The position numbers and the translations under genes were made by a program. A DNA stretch of 64,000 nt from a virus: IMG/VR virus record IMGVR_UViG_3300012009_000091, positions 32,001 through 96,000 of that record; one strand, written 5' to 3'. The notes beneath the pieces were generated by a model. That model searched no databases, was not told the origin of the DNA, and saw only the letters and a program-made list of their open reading frames with translations. Below, piece by piece: positions 1 to 9,061 of this stretch (position 1 is its first letter; every line of letters begins with the position of its first letter).

Positions 1-1
1 G

Positions 2-796
2 CGACTCGGGCTTCTTTGATTTCTTGACGCTCTCTTCGGTTTCTTTGGTTCGCAAGATTACGGCGTTCTGTAAGTGGTCCAAAGCCTCCTGCAAAACAGT
101 CGGACACTCCTCCTCTGAGAGCGGCGGATCTTCACCCTTGACAGCGGCGTCTGTTGATCCAATGAGGAGGAGGATGGCTTTGTGGATGTCCAGAAGGGTC
201 TTATGTTGGGCGGCCAAGACTTGGACCATTTGCCGCAGATCTTCGATGGAGCTGTCAACTCCGTCGAACCGCTTCCCGATATGTTTTGCTACGGGGGTCA
301 GTACCTCGAACAGGGTTTCTTGAACTTCTTTTTTGGTCAAGTGAGTCACAGGTTCTCCTCCGGAGACGGTCATTGTGACTGTGGAGGGTTTTGTCTCTTC
401 CGGCTCTTTTTCTACCGGTTTGTTCTCCACCTTCTCTACCTTCTCCGTTTTTGTCTTCTCCGGCGCTTCTTCGACTTTCTCTTCCTCTTTCGGTGTATCG
501 TTGACTTCTGCGTCTTTGATGTCCGGACGAGGTGCTGTGTTCTTCAACGTAGTACTGCCGGCATGCCCCTCCTCTTGGTATTTCTCCCAGATGAAGTCGA
601 TGCACTGTTCTGGCTTACGCAGATCCCCGGTGAATGGGCCACTAGAAGGGTACCCGGGAGGTGCTTTGGATTTGCCACGGGGGACATCCCATCTTTCCTC
701 GATGTATTTCATCAAGGGGACGCGATTGATCTGGCGCAATTCTGGTCGCGTGTAACAGAATTGTGGGTCAAGAGATGTTACTTGTTGAGTAGCCAT
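2..796 (-). CDS. Hypothetical protein, partial (runs off the left edge), E/K/P-rich middle
   Basis: Not in the ORF track. Read manually: GGAGG then ATG at 796, MATQQVTSLDPQFCYTRPELRQI..., open to the window edge. Confidence 0.75.
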   Translation of the reverse strand, partial: MATQQVTSLDPQFCYTRPELRQINRVPLMKYIEERWDVPRGKSKAPPGYPSSGPFTGDLRKPEQCIDFIWEKYQEEGHAGSTTLKNTAPRPDIKDAEVNDTPKEEEKVEEAPEKTKTEKVEKVENKPVEKEPEETKPSTVTMTVSGGEPVTHLTKKEVQETLFEVLTPVAKHIGKRFDGVDSSIEDLRQMVQVLAAQHKTLLDIHKAILLLIGSTDAAVKGEDPPLSEEECPTVLQEALDHLQNAVILRTKETEESVKKSKKPES

Positions 797-1104
797 TGGT
801 CCTCCACTGGAAGATAGCCTCCTCTTTTCATGGTTCTGTGCTGGAGCAGGAAGCAATGCGCCAGCACACCAAATGGACACGCAATACAATCCAGTTCACC
901 TGGATGTTGCGCTTTGATCCGGTCCCAATGATCTTCGATCCAATCAAACATCAGGACACGGAGTTCACGTTCCGGGTCTTCACCGCCCATCCCTTCGCCG
1001 GTTTTCAGACAGCGTAGAGCCTCACGAGCGGTCGCCGCGGAGGAGATCTGCAATCCTTGCAGCCGAGCTGTGTGGATCAGATCCCGTCTGTTCAGTCGCT
1101 TCAT
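778..1104 (-). CDS. Hypothetical protein with CxxC
   Basis: AGGAGG before MKRLNRRDL at 1104; C-terminal CIACP..HC. Confidence 0.6.
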   Translation of the reverse strand: MKRLNRRDLIHTARLQGLQISSAATAREALRCLKTGEGMGGEDPERELRVLMFDWIEDHWDRIKAQHPGELDCIACPFGVLAHCFLLQHRTMKRGGYLPVEDQWLLNK

Positions 1105-1594
1105 AGTCCTCCTGTGTAACCGGATTTTCATTCTCCGGCAAGAGTTGAATACGTACTTCGACGCGCGGGTCACTGGCGTCTTCTTTCTTGTCCAGTGTCC
1201 ATGGGAAGAAGTTGCTATCGTCGATGCCCAACAGGTCCTCGAGGCAATCTGAGAACAGCTTGATGAAGTTCTGGACATCCTCCCGTCGGTAGATGGATGT
1301 CCATTTGGCCCGACGTTTGGGTCCCGGATCTTTCTTCAGCAGGCGGGGCAGCCAAAACAAAGCCGTGACCGAATAGTGTGCGTCGATCCTTTTGAAATCG
1401 TCGGTCAACTTTAGGAGGTCAACGTTACGTGGATCTTCAAGTACGGTCTGAGTAAAGGCTGTCTCATACTTGCGTGCCTCCGACGTTTTCAGAATCGTAG
1501 CAATCTGTTTCCCGTTAATCTCTTGAATGGCCGGCTTGTAGAGCTTGTTTGAGCTCGGCGGCAATGGACAAACAAATGTGAGTTCATGATCCAC
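1022..1594 (-). CDS. rusA: RusA-family Holliday junction resolvase
   Basis: N-terminal PLPPSSN, EDVQNFIKLFSD...GIDDS acidic/Lys motif, PRVEVRI. Confidence 0.8.
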   Translation of the reverse strand: MDHELTFVCPLPPSSNKLYKPAIQEINGKQIATILKTSEARKYETAFTQTVLEDPRNVDLLKLTDDFKRIDAHYSVTALFWLPRLLKKDPGPKRRAKWTSIYRREDVQNFIKLFSDCLEDLLGIDDSNFFPWTLDKKEDASDPRVEVRIQLLPENENPVTQEDYEATEQTGSDPHSSAARIADLLRGDRS

Positions 1595-2288
1595 GGCGTA
1601 ATTTCCGTCTGTCTGCGGGGCTTATACTTCTTCTCTCGCGCCCGGGGGCCGCTCCTAGTCCAGGACTGTCGGAGTCGCGAGCCATGCGTTGTCGGTTCAA
1701 GCTCTCGACGATGTCTTTGCGACCGGACACAATGGCAGAGGCGTAGTCGTAGGTAGTGTCTCCTATCAACACTCGTTCTTCTGCCTCCTCGACTCGAGGA
1801 TCTGTTTCCGCTGCTTGTTTTCGGGCCGCGTCGGTGTACTTTTTGTCTGTTGATGGGTCGATTTCTCCCTTTAGTGTCGCCAAGATCATCTTCTTGGTCT
1901 GTTTCAGGTTGGCTCTTGCGATGTCTCGATCTGCTTGGAGATCAGCCAGTTTGTCTCGATATGCCGCCAGTTCTGCATGGAAGAATTGACTTAGACCTCG
2001 AAGAGTTTCGTCATCTAGTTTGTCTGCGTTTGCTGGCGGAACGAGGGAGAGTTCTTCTTCGGGGATATTCTCACCCAGATCGCTCAGGTAGTACTTACGG
2101 CCTTCCCACTCAACCTGGATGTGGGCTTTCAAGTACTCGGGTATGTCTGGCATGGCCAATCCCCGTAGTCGTTTACTGGCCAGAAGTGCGTGGACTCGGG
2201 CCTTGAGTTCGTCTACACCCGCGCTCGCTCTTGAAATGTCGTCGGCGAGCGGCACTTGGAATCGTCGTATTTGGAAGTTGTCGCTCAC
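1584..2288 (-). CDS. Helical protein, possibly a UvsY-like recombination mediator
   Basis: Coiled-coil with TDAARKQAAETDPRV segment, inside the recombination cluster; function is inference. Confidence 0.4.
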   Translation of the reverse strand: MSDNFQIRRFQVPLADDISRASAGVDELKARVHALLASKRLRGLAMPDIPEYLKAHIQVEWEGRKYYLSDLGENIPEEELSLVPPANADKLDDETLRGLSQFFHAELAAYRDKLADLQADRDIARANLKQTKKMILATLKGEIDPSTDKKYTDAARKQAAETDPRVEEAEERVLIGDTTYDYASAIVSGRKDIVESLNRQRMARDSDSPGLGAAPGRERRSISPADRRKLRRGS

Positions 2289-3058
2289 CAGACGTCCTCC
2301 TTACAAGGTTGAGCGTACGGGCACCGGTAGCACCAGCTCCCCTCGCTCTTTTCGGGGGCTTCTCCCAGTTCATCGATCGGAGCGGTCACTCGGTTTCGGA
2401 TGCGGTCTTCGAAGTATGTCCAGCGAGCCTCCTCGAATGTAGCGACTATTGGTTCCACGTCGGCTTTCTCGAGTTCCCCCTGAATATACTCTTCAGAGAC
2501 GTAATCAGCGGGCAACATGATTTGGGTTTCGAGGTCATTCAACGCGTCCATATTGATGTACAGATACGTACAAGCTTCCCACCCGAAGCCTTTGAACAGG
2601 AACAGCCCTTGATCCAGGTGTTGCCGTGTTGGCTTTCCGGATCGTACGACGGCGTCGAACACTCGAGCAGAGGCGGTTTTGATCTCTAGTCCAAAGCGTT
2701 TGTCCAGAATGCCATCTGCGAACATCCGCAGGTACAGATCTGGAATTCGAGCTTCGGACTCGACGGACACCCTGTTGCCTCCGTAGATGTCAACTATATA
2801 GTTCTGGTACAGCTTATGGATTGCGCTGCCTGCATCCATTCGCCGACGCATAGCGGGTTCGATTTTGGGTGTCCCCGGCATACCGACTAGTTTGTATCCC
2901 AGAAACAGGTCACACCTCGGCCCCTGTTCTGTGGACAGAATGAGTGACGGCGACAGGTTAGCAGAGCCTGTATAGATCTTTTCTGCCGGTTTGTTCTTCT
3001 CAAGATGGTACTTGAGAATCTTTCGTTTGAGATCCCACGGATCTCGGATGTGTATCAT
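2285..3058 (-). CDS. Cas4-like PD-(D/E)XK exonuclease
   Basis: GSAIH, ADG...LEIKT, Q motif, one N-terminal Cys plus C-terminal CYRCPYAQPC; GGAGG and ATGA overlap at 3058. Confidence 0.8.
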   Translation of the reverse strand: MIHIRDPWDLKRKILKYHLEKNKPAEKIYTGSANLSPSLILSTEQGPRCDLFLGYKLVGMPGTPKIEPAMRRRMDAGSAIHKLYQNYIVDIYGGNRVSVESEARIPDLYLRMFADGILDKRFGLEIKTASARVFDAVVRSGKPTRQHLDQGLFLFKGFGWEACTYLYINMDALNDLETQIMLPADYVSEEYIQGELEKADVEPIVATFEEARWTYFEDRIRNRVTAPIDELGEAPEKSEGSWCYRCPYAQPCKEDVW

Positions 3059-3567
3059 TGGTCCTCCTTGTATGTGGCGACAAACCGTTCCCACGTTGTC
3101 AATAGAAGAAACCCTAAAGGGGTATCAAGCAGTAGGCTCTCCTCAGGTTCTAGGATGCGGACAAGTCCGCTATGGATACGGAAGCTTTTCCGTCCCTTGT
3201 TTAGCTGGAGGGGTACGAGATCTAGTGAAGGTTTTCCGCTGATCTCTTCCCAATCAGATGGCATGAGGACGGCTACCGGTTCTTGCCGTTCGACTGTGAT
3301 TCGGAAGACGGGGATCTTTCCTCCTTTAGCTTGTGCCCCGTCTTTCAGTTTTTGCCAATCGATTTTGGTCAAGTAGAAATGGCCCGTTCTATACTTGTCC
3401 TCTATCAGCAAGTCGTCACAGTAAACATCCCCAAACCATCCGCGTGCAGCCCCGCTATTAGGGGTAGTTTGCCCGTTTAGGTCGGCGGCTGCACGCTTCT
3501 CGGAATGGAGAGATCTACGCTTCCTCTCCTTCTGGGATTTCTTCCTCTTTTCCCACATTGAGCGCAT
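3055..3567 (-). CDS. PD-(D/E)XK nuclease, Holliday-junction-resolvase-like
   Basis: EKRAA...PNSGA...GDV...LIEDK pattern. Confidence 0.65.
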   Translation of the reverse strand: MRSMWEKRKKSQKERKRRSLHSEKRAAADLNGQTTPNSGAARGWFGDVYCDDLLIEDKYRTGHFYLTKIDWQKLKDGAQAKGGKIPVFRITVERQEPVAVLMPSDWEEISGKPSLDLVPLQLNKGRKSFRIHSGLVRILEPEESLLLDTPLGFLLLTTWERFVATYKEDQ

Positions 3568-4825
3568 TCAGTACCTTCTCACGAAGCGCGTGATCATTTC
3601 GAAGCCGTGCATCTACATGGTTCCTTTTGCCAGGGATGACGACCATCTCGTCGGTTCCTGGGACGGTCAGGTGGTACTCAGATCCTCTTCTGACCAAGAA
3701 TTTCTGTTTCACCAGCTCAGCGCGCAATGTGCCGCTCTCATCAATGGTTCCTATCGGCACGGTGAGCTCTTTTCCGTCGTAGTGATTGTGGTGATAAAAT
3801 CGGAATTCACACATCTCGCCTGTGGCGATCCCATATTTCCCTTTGTTGATGTATACGCGGTGCATATCAGACGTGGGAACGTGGGATGGGTTGCGGTCGT
3901 CTTTCGGGCCTATATATGTGCGTTCGTCCTTTTTCCCTTTCTCCACTTCAATGGTCACTGCTGAGTAGTACTGAACAGATTGACCACCACTGATTGATTT
4001 GTGGCTGACGGAATATGAAGATGTGTGAGCCATTCGAAATTGAGATACCCAGAAGAATGTCGTCTCTCGAAGTTTGTCCTCCTCTTCCATTTCTTCAAAA
4101 GGAGCCATCATGATTGCGTTCTGATTACGGTAGTGGGCGCTGAGAAGTAGTGCGCGCCCTTCGCCTCCTCTACCTTTACCAAACTCTCCAATGCCGCCTT
4201 CATCTACAGCGTCCCGTTCAGCGGCAGATGACATAGCGTCGATTGAGTTGAGAATTACGATTTGATAGATCCCGCTCTCCGCGAAGAGGCGCATGTAATC
4301 GAGTGCCGCTTCGGTCGTATCTGGCGTAACGACGTCGACTTCGCCAATCTGACACGATTTCATGGATTTCTTCTCAGCGGCCGTGAACTTTTTCTGTTCA
4401 ATCTCCTCTAGAATGTTGAGCTCTTCTGAGCTGTAGTTCACCTGCACACCGACATTGCGGGCGTGCTGCTTGTCCCATCCACCCTGTTCTAGGTAGATAA
4501 TGCCGACTGCGGATTCGTCTCCGTATCGTCTCTGGTTCTCTCGGATAGCGAGGTTCAAGAGGAGGTCTTTGCCAGAGCCTGGTTTTCCCACTAGTACAAC
4601 ATTGCATCCATGGGGGTAACCGCCGTTGGTGATCCGATCCAGTCCTATGACTCCGGTACTGCGTCTACGTAGGTAGACATTGGTGAGGTCTGATGCAGGG
4701 GTGAATACTGATCCGTCCAAATGCTTACGGGCATTTCGGATAAGTTCTTGTCGTTTTTTCCTTCTCCAGGCTAGACGGTCAGTCTTGTTGGCCTTCGATG
4801 TCTTCTTCGTTTTCTTCGTAGTCAT
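3515..4825 (-). CDS. recA: RecA/UvsX-family recombinase with variant Walker motifs
   Basis: STGVIGLDRITNGGYPHG, GKPGSGKD, YLE, ILNSIDAM, SQFR, SGGQSVQYYS. Confidence 0.85.
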   Translation of the reverse strand: MTTKKTKKTSKANKTDRLAWRRKKRQELIRNARKHLDGSVFTPASDLTNVYLRRRSTGVIGLDRITNGGYPHGCNVVLVGKPGSGKDLLLNLAIRENQRRYGDESAVGIIYLEQGGWDKQHARNVGVQVNYSSEELNILEEIEQKKFTAAEKKSMKSCQIGEVDVVTPDTTEAALDYMRLFAESGIYQIVILNSIDAMSSAAERDAVDEGGIGEFGKGRGGEGRALLLSAHYRNQNAIMMAPFEEMEEEDKLRETTFFWVSQFRMAHTSSYSVSHKSISGGQSVQYYSAVTIEVEKGKKDERTYIGPKDDRNPSHVPTSDMHRVYINKGKYGIATGEMCEFRFYHHNHYDGKELTVPIGTIDESGTLRAELVKQKFLVRRGSEYHLTVPGTDEMVVIPGKRNHVDARLRNDHALREKVLNALNVGKEEEIPEGEEA

Positions 4826-4964
4826 GGTCCTCCCATGGTTCTGTGCCGCATCGCGGACACCAGGTGACGGGGCCGTGGTGTTGTACTTCGGCTCCGCACG
4901 AACAGGTACCGCTTGGGGCTGCTGTCTTCTTGGTGACTTTTTGTTCTACTCCATACTTGTCCAT
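4779..4964 (-). CDS. Small zinc-ribbon protein
   Basis: MDKYGVEQ...CSCG...CPRCGTEPWE; fills the polA-recA gap. Confidence 0.6.
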   Translation of the reverse strand: MDKYGVEQKVTKKTAAPSGTCSCGAEVQHHGPVTWCPRCGTEPWEDHDYEENEEDIEGQQD

Positions 4965-4971
4965 GATGCAC

Positions 4972-6927
4972 CTATGGTTTTGCGTTTGCCCATTCCCTGG
5001 CCCAGCCACCGTCTGATTCAATGGGGACATCGAATGGCAGGCCTGGCCAGCCAATGGGATTATCCATAATTTGACCATAGCGTGCATCCGCTTCTTCTGC
5101 ATATTTTTCTGGACACTCAGCAGCCAGCTCGTCATGCACTTGAAGGACGGTCCGTACGCCCATTCTACGGAGTTCCTCGTCTTCTTCGATTTGAATCATC
5201 GCCAGTGTGATGAGATCGGCTGCTGTACCCTGAATCGGCGTGTTTATGGATTGCCTCTCTGCTCGAAGTCTTGAGGACCAGTTTGAATCGTAGATCCCGC
5301 CCGGACGACGCTTGCGCCCCAAAATGGTTGTGATGAATCCGTTCTGGAATACTTCTCGTTTGTACCGTTCAATACCCTCTTGGATACCTGGACGGACTTG
5401 GAAATAGAGTTCGATGAGTTGTTCGCCTTCGGTGCGTGTGGTGGCGATACCTGTCTCTTGTGAGATCTGCGAGGCGAGTTTGGCGGGCCCTACGCCATAG
5501 TTGATGCCAAAGCCTGTCCGTTTGGCTGCCGTTCGGCAGTTCACTAGGTAGTTCTGGTGCTGCGTAGGATTGTCAGCTTTCTTAGCTTCGATGATCTCCT
5601 CATAGTCGAGATTATACATCATAGAGGCAGTGAGGGCGTGTAAATCACGGCCCGCGAAGATGTCTTCGATCATCCCTTCATCACCGAATAATGCGGCGGC
5701 GATGCGCATTTCAAGACCGCTGTAATCTCGACAAAGGAGCACATGATTCTCAGGTGCAATGAATGCCCGTCGAATGCGTTTCCCTTCTTCACTTCTCGCA
5801 GGGATATTCTGTAGATTGGGACTGCTCATACGCAGACGACCACTGACTGTGGTATGTAGCAGAGAACCGTGGACTCGGCTATCCGCTTGTACTGCTTTTT
5901 GAAGACCTACAATGTACGTGGAGTGTAGCTTCTTTAGATCGCGGTATATGAGGATATCGGTTGCGACTTGGTGACCGTCGGCTTGGATGTCTTCCAGTAC
6001 TTCTCTCTTCACTGAGTAAGCGCCTTTGGCTGTTCGTATTGTTCCTTTGAGTCCGAGGTCTTCAAATAGCAGTTTGCGTATTTGTGCGTCACTGCCTGGA
6101 TTGACCGGGCTGTTGGTGGACTCGCAGATCCGTTGGGTAATTTCCACCAACCTCCGCTTCATGGGAGCGTCCTGAGATTCGAGATAGCCGACATCGACGA
6201 GTACACCTCTCTGTGCGTACTTTTGGAGTACGGTATTCAAGGGCATGTCAAACACTTGATGGAGGTCCCAGTAATTGTGCGGAGGATCGGGCAGGTATTC
6301 TTCAGGTGTATTCCATTCCTCGTCCTCAAGGATTTCCCGGAAGTACTCGTAGAGTTCCAAAGTGGCCCAGGCATCGAGAGTGGCATACTCCACCGCTCGT
6401 GGACGACGTTCTGGGTCGTCGAAGACCTCTTTGACTTTGTCTCGAACTTTCCCCCCTGGCTTGATGTCAAAGACTTTTGTGAATGCTAGTAGGTTGAGGT
6501 GAAGAATGTTTTTGGCCAAGGTTTTTAGATCGTGTCGTTCCTCTTCATCTATCAAGTGGTGCATCTTCATGGTGTCCGCGATCACATTGTTGACCTGGAT
6601 CTGGTGACGCTTCATGACTCGATAGTCGTACGGGGCGTTGTGGGCGATTTTGCTACAGTTTGTCGATTCAAACCATGGTTGAAGCAAATCGAAGAACTGG
6701 TATTGCTGTGGGTGTATGACCGGGACCACAAGACGTCGACTTCCATGCACAGGAGACCGATAGGCGAGAGCGATGAGGTAACAAACAACCGCCCACTCGA
6801 GCCCACTGGTCTCTGTGTCATAGGCCACAGGGCCGGGGGACGACATCATGTCGTCCACCAGCGCCTGTACGCCTTCAGGAGTGTCGACAATCTCCGGTTC
6901 CGGTAAGTCTAACCGGAATCGTGGCAT
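4972..6927 (-). CDS. polA: Family A DNA polymerase (3'-5' exonuclease plus polymerase, no 5'-3' exonuclease)
   Basis: DTETSG, HNAPYD, YATLDA, SGRL..PNLQNIP, DYSGLEMR, AKRTGFGINYG, PIQGTAAD, QVHDEL. Confidence 0.96.
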   Translation of the reverse strand: MPRFRLDLPEPEIVDTPEGVQALVDDMMSSPGPVAYDTETSGLEWAVVCYLIALAYRSPVHGSRRLVVPVIHPQQYQFFDLLQPWFESTNCSKIAHNAPYDYRVMKRHQIQVNNVIADTMKMHHLIDEEERHDLKTLAKNILHLNLLAFTKVFDIKPGGKVRDKVKEVFDDPERRPRAVEYATLDAWATLELYEYFREILEDEEWNTPEEYLPDPPHNYWDLHQVFDMPLNTVLQKYAQRGVLVDVGYLESQDAPMKRRLVEITQRICESTNSPVNPGSDAQIRKLLFEDLGLKGTIRTAKGAYSVKREVLEDIQADGHQVATDILIYRDLKKLHSTYIVGLQKAVQADSRVHGSLLHTTVSGRLRMSSPNLQNIPARSEEGKRIRRAFIAPENHVLLCRDYSGLEMRIAAALFGDEGMIEDIFAGRDLHALTASMMYNLDYEEIIEAKKADNPTQHQNYLVNCRTAAKRTGFGINYGVGPAKLASQISQETGIATTRTEGEQLIELYFQVRPGIQEGIERYKREVFQNGFITTILGRKRRPGGIYDSNWSSRLRAERQSINTPIQGTAADLITLAMIQIEEDEELRRMGVRTVLQVHDELAAECPEKYAEEADARYGQIMDNPIGWPGLPFDVPIESDGGWAREWANAKP

Positions 6928-6935
6928 GTCTTCTC

Positions 6936-8093
6936 CTACTGATTACGCCGACTACGACGGCGCTTGCTCCGAGGATCTTCCTTCGGAGCATTGTTGTTTT
7001 GTGAGTTGGTGTATTCTTTCCCGTAAGCCCTAGCGGCCGAGTCGAATGGGAATGCCATTCCTAGTTCTTTTGCTTGGTCTTCCAAGGAGAGGATGCGGAG
7101 CGAGCTAGTGAAGTCCCTGCCTTCCGCGAAAGCGTCCCAGGCTCCTTGAGGGACTTCGTAGTTCACCCAATCTTGCCAGGAGATGCGGTCGTCCCGAGTC
7201 CAGATGTAGACCGTGTCTTGTGCTTCCCCCGTCCGGTTGACCAGGGCGGGTTTCATGAAGGGAGAGCATGGGGTAGCGCCTGGGCAGGCGGTTTCTCCGT
7301 TCTCCACATGGTTGAGACAGGAATATTCCGGCTTCAGAATGTAGCCAGGGTGGTCATTTGCCACCTTGTCCTGGTTCCAGCACCCGCCTTCGTCTTCGTC
7401 TAAGCAGGGGTGTAGCTCATTCAGGATGTTGTCCCGAATCTGTTGGGCGGTTCCTTCCGCGTCCAGATCGTCAACGTCGAAGACGACGGCTCCGCATTCC
7501 GGACACACGGCCTGCTCGACGGTGCAGAGAGACAGATCCGGATTGTTCGTTTTGGCGACGCAGGTACACACGTCCTCGAGGGTGCCGACGTACTTCATGA
7601 AGTTCATCCAATGGGTGATGCCCATCCGAAAATCACGAGCGCCGCCGATGATCGCCCCGTCCGGTGCTTTGGTTCCTGTCCGTCTGGGTTGCCAGATGGT
7701 GTACCGTTCTCGGCCATTGCGACCTGTTTCGATGACGTAGTGGTTCGGGTCCCAAACGCCGAGGAAAACGTATTCTATCTCTTGGATTTGGTACTTTCGA
7801 TCGTTCCACTTGGTTCCAGCTTCCGCCTCACGGCCCGCACAGAAAACGCAGTGACCGTCGAAACCGTCAACTTCGGCGGTACATCGGAAGAGGGATCGTC
7901 CTGTCACTTTCGACTTGTGAGCGACCAGCATCTCGAGCTGCTGATTACCTTCAGCATCTTCCATGGGAATGAAGGGCGCAGTCACGCCATTCGGAACCGC
8001 GATAGGCCACTTTCGCAGGGACTGTAGTGCGTAGTCTTTGTTACGTGCTTTGCCACGGAGTGCGCTTCGTTTTCTCATCTCTGCGATACTCAT
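6936..8093 (-). CDS. Probable single-stranded DNA-binding protein (gp32-like) with Cys-rich insert
   Basis: H...C...CxxC zinc site, RTGEAQDTVY motif, position between primase and polymerase. Confidence 0.5.
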   Translation of the reverse strand: MSIAEMRKRSALRGKARNKDYALQSLRKWPIAVPNGVTAPFIPMEDAEGNQQLEMLVAHKSKVTGRSLFRCTAEVDGFDGHCVFCAGREAEAGTKWNDRKYQIQEIEYVFLGVWDPNHYVIETGRNGRERYTIWQPRRTGTKAPDGAIIGGARDFRMGITHWMNFMKYVGTLEDVCTCVAKTNNPDLSLCTVEQAVCPECGAVVFDVDDLDAEGTAQQIRDNILNELHPCLDEDEGGCWNQDKVANDHPGYILKPEYSCLNHVENGETACPGATPCSPFMKPALVNRTGEAQDTVYIWTRDDRISWQDWVNYEVPQGAWDAFAEGRDFTSSLRILSLEDQAKELGMAFPFDSAARAYGKEYTNSQNNNAPKEDPRSKRRRSRRNQ

Positions 8094-9060
8094 GTTGTTT
8101 TCTCCATTCGAGAAATGTTTGAGGTTTGCGGACTAGACGTGTGATCTCTCTGAGATCTGATACATCACTGATGTCCTTTACCTCTTTTGTTAGGACGACT
8201 TTCGGATGAGTAAACCGAAGAAGTCGCCGGCCCAATTTGTCGACAGCTTGCTGTCCCGGTTTATCATTGTCTAGAGCAATAATGAACCGACACTTAGTTC
8301 GGTAGTGCAGCCGTCTGAGGATGTCTACTTGTTGGCGGGTGAATTGAACTCCCAAAAGCCCTACTCCAACGATCCCAGCTTGATGCAGTCTCATTACTTC
8401 CTTGAACCCTTCACAGATCAGCACAGATTCTCGTGCGTTGACAGTGTACGCTCGTTGGATGTTGTAGATCAGCTGAGCCCGTTTTGGGGTGTAGTCTTCT
8501 GGAGCTAGGTTGTATAGGTCCTCCTCTCGATAGATTTTGTATTTCGGAATGACGTTCGGATATGGGGTCCTCCCTGATATGGCCATGAGTTGATTGTATT
8601 GGTTTCGGATGGGAAATGTGATTCGTCCAATGCCTGTATCGTAACCGATTTCAAAGGCGTAGAGGAGTTCTTCCGGCCATCCGTCATTCAGCATGGTCTT
8701 CGGACATTTGTGAAACAAAGCGAGGGTTTCTTCCGGAAGAATGGAGTCGGCATTCCGCTGTCCGACCGGTGTGATCTGCTTGCGTTTAGCTGGACGTCTT
8801 GGCCTTTTGGCTCCTTGTAGAAGCTGTTTGACTTGTTCCTGACTGTATCCCAAGCGGAGCAGTAAAGAATCGATCCAACCACCGCCACACCCAGACCAGC
8901 ACACCCACGTCCCCATATTGAGGCTCATTCCAAAACTGGGATTACGATCTGGATGGAGGGGACAACACGCACGTATACGCGGGTGCCCGTCACCTCCTAT
9001 GTAGTGATTAACTCTCTCCAGCTGGTCGACTACTAGTTGTACTGCAGTCTCTAAGCTCAT
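8041..9060 (-). CDS. dnaG: DNA primase (CHC2 zinc finger plus TOPRIM)
   Basis: CPLHPDRNPSF..CWSGC, RITFPI, ICEG, LDNDKPG. Confidence 0.92.
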   Translation of the reverse strand: MSLETAVQLVVDQLERVNHYIGGDGHPRIRACCPLHPDRNPSFGMSLNMGTWVCWSGCGGGWIDSLLLRLGYSQEQVKQLLQGAKRPRRPAKRKQITPVGQRNADSILPEETLALFHKCPKTMLNDGWPEELLYAFEIGYDTGIGRITFPIRNQYNQLMAISGRTPYPNVIPKYKIYREEDLYNLAPEDYTPKRAQLIYNIQRAYTVNARESVLICEGFKEVMRLHQAGIVGVGLLGVQFTRQQVDILRRLHYRTKCRFIIALDNDKPGQQAVDKLGRRLLRFTHPKVVLTKEVKDISDVSDLREITRLVRKPQTFLEWRKQHEYRRDEKTKRTPWQST

Positions 9061-9061
9061 G

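Noticed and set aside
24-817. Plus-strand ORFs 24-323, 182-817, 375-755 and minus-strand ORF 255-605
   Set aside because: Shadow frames of the real minus-strand gene starting at 796. The same applies to most short antisense ORFs in the track.
2285-3058. Cas4-like gene as part of a CRISPR-Cas system
   Set aside because: No cas1/cas2, effector genes or repeat-spacer array seen; solo Cas4-like nucleases are common in phage replication modules.
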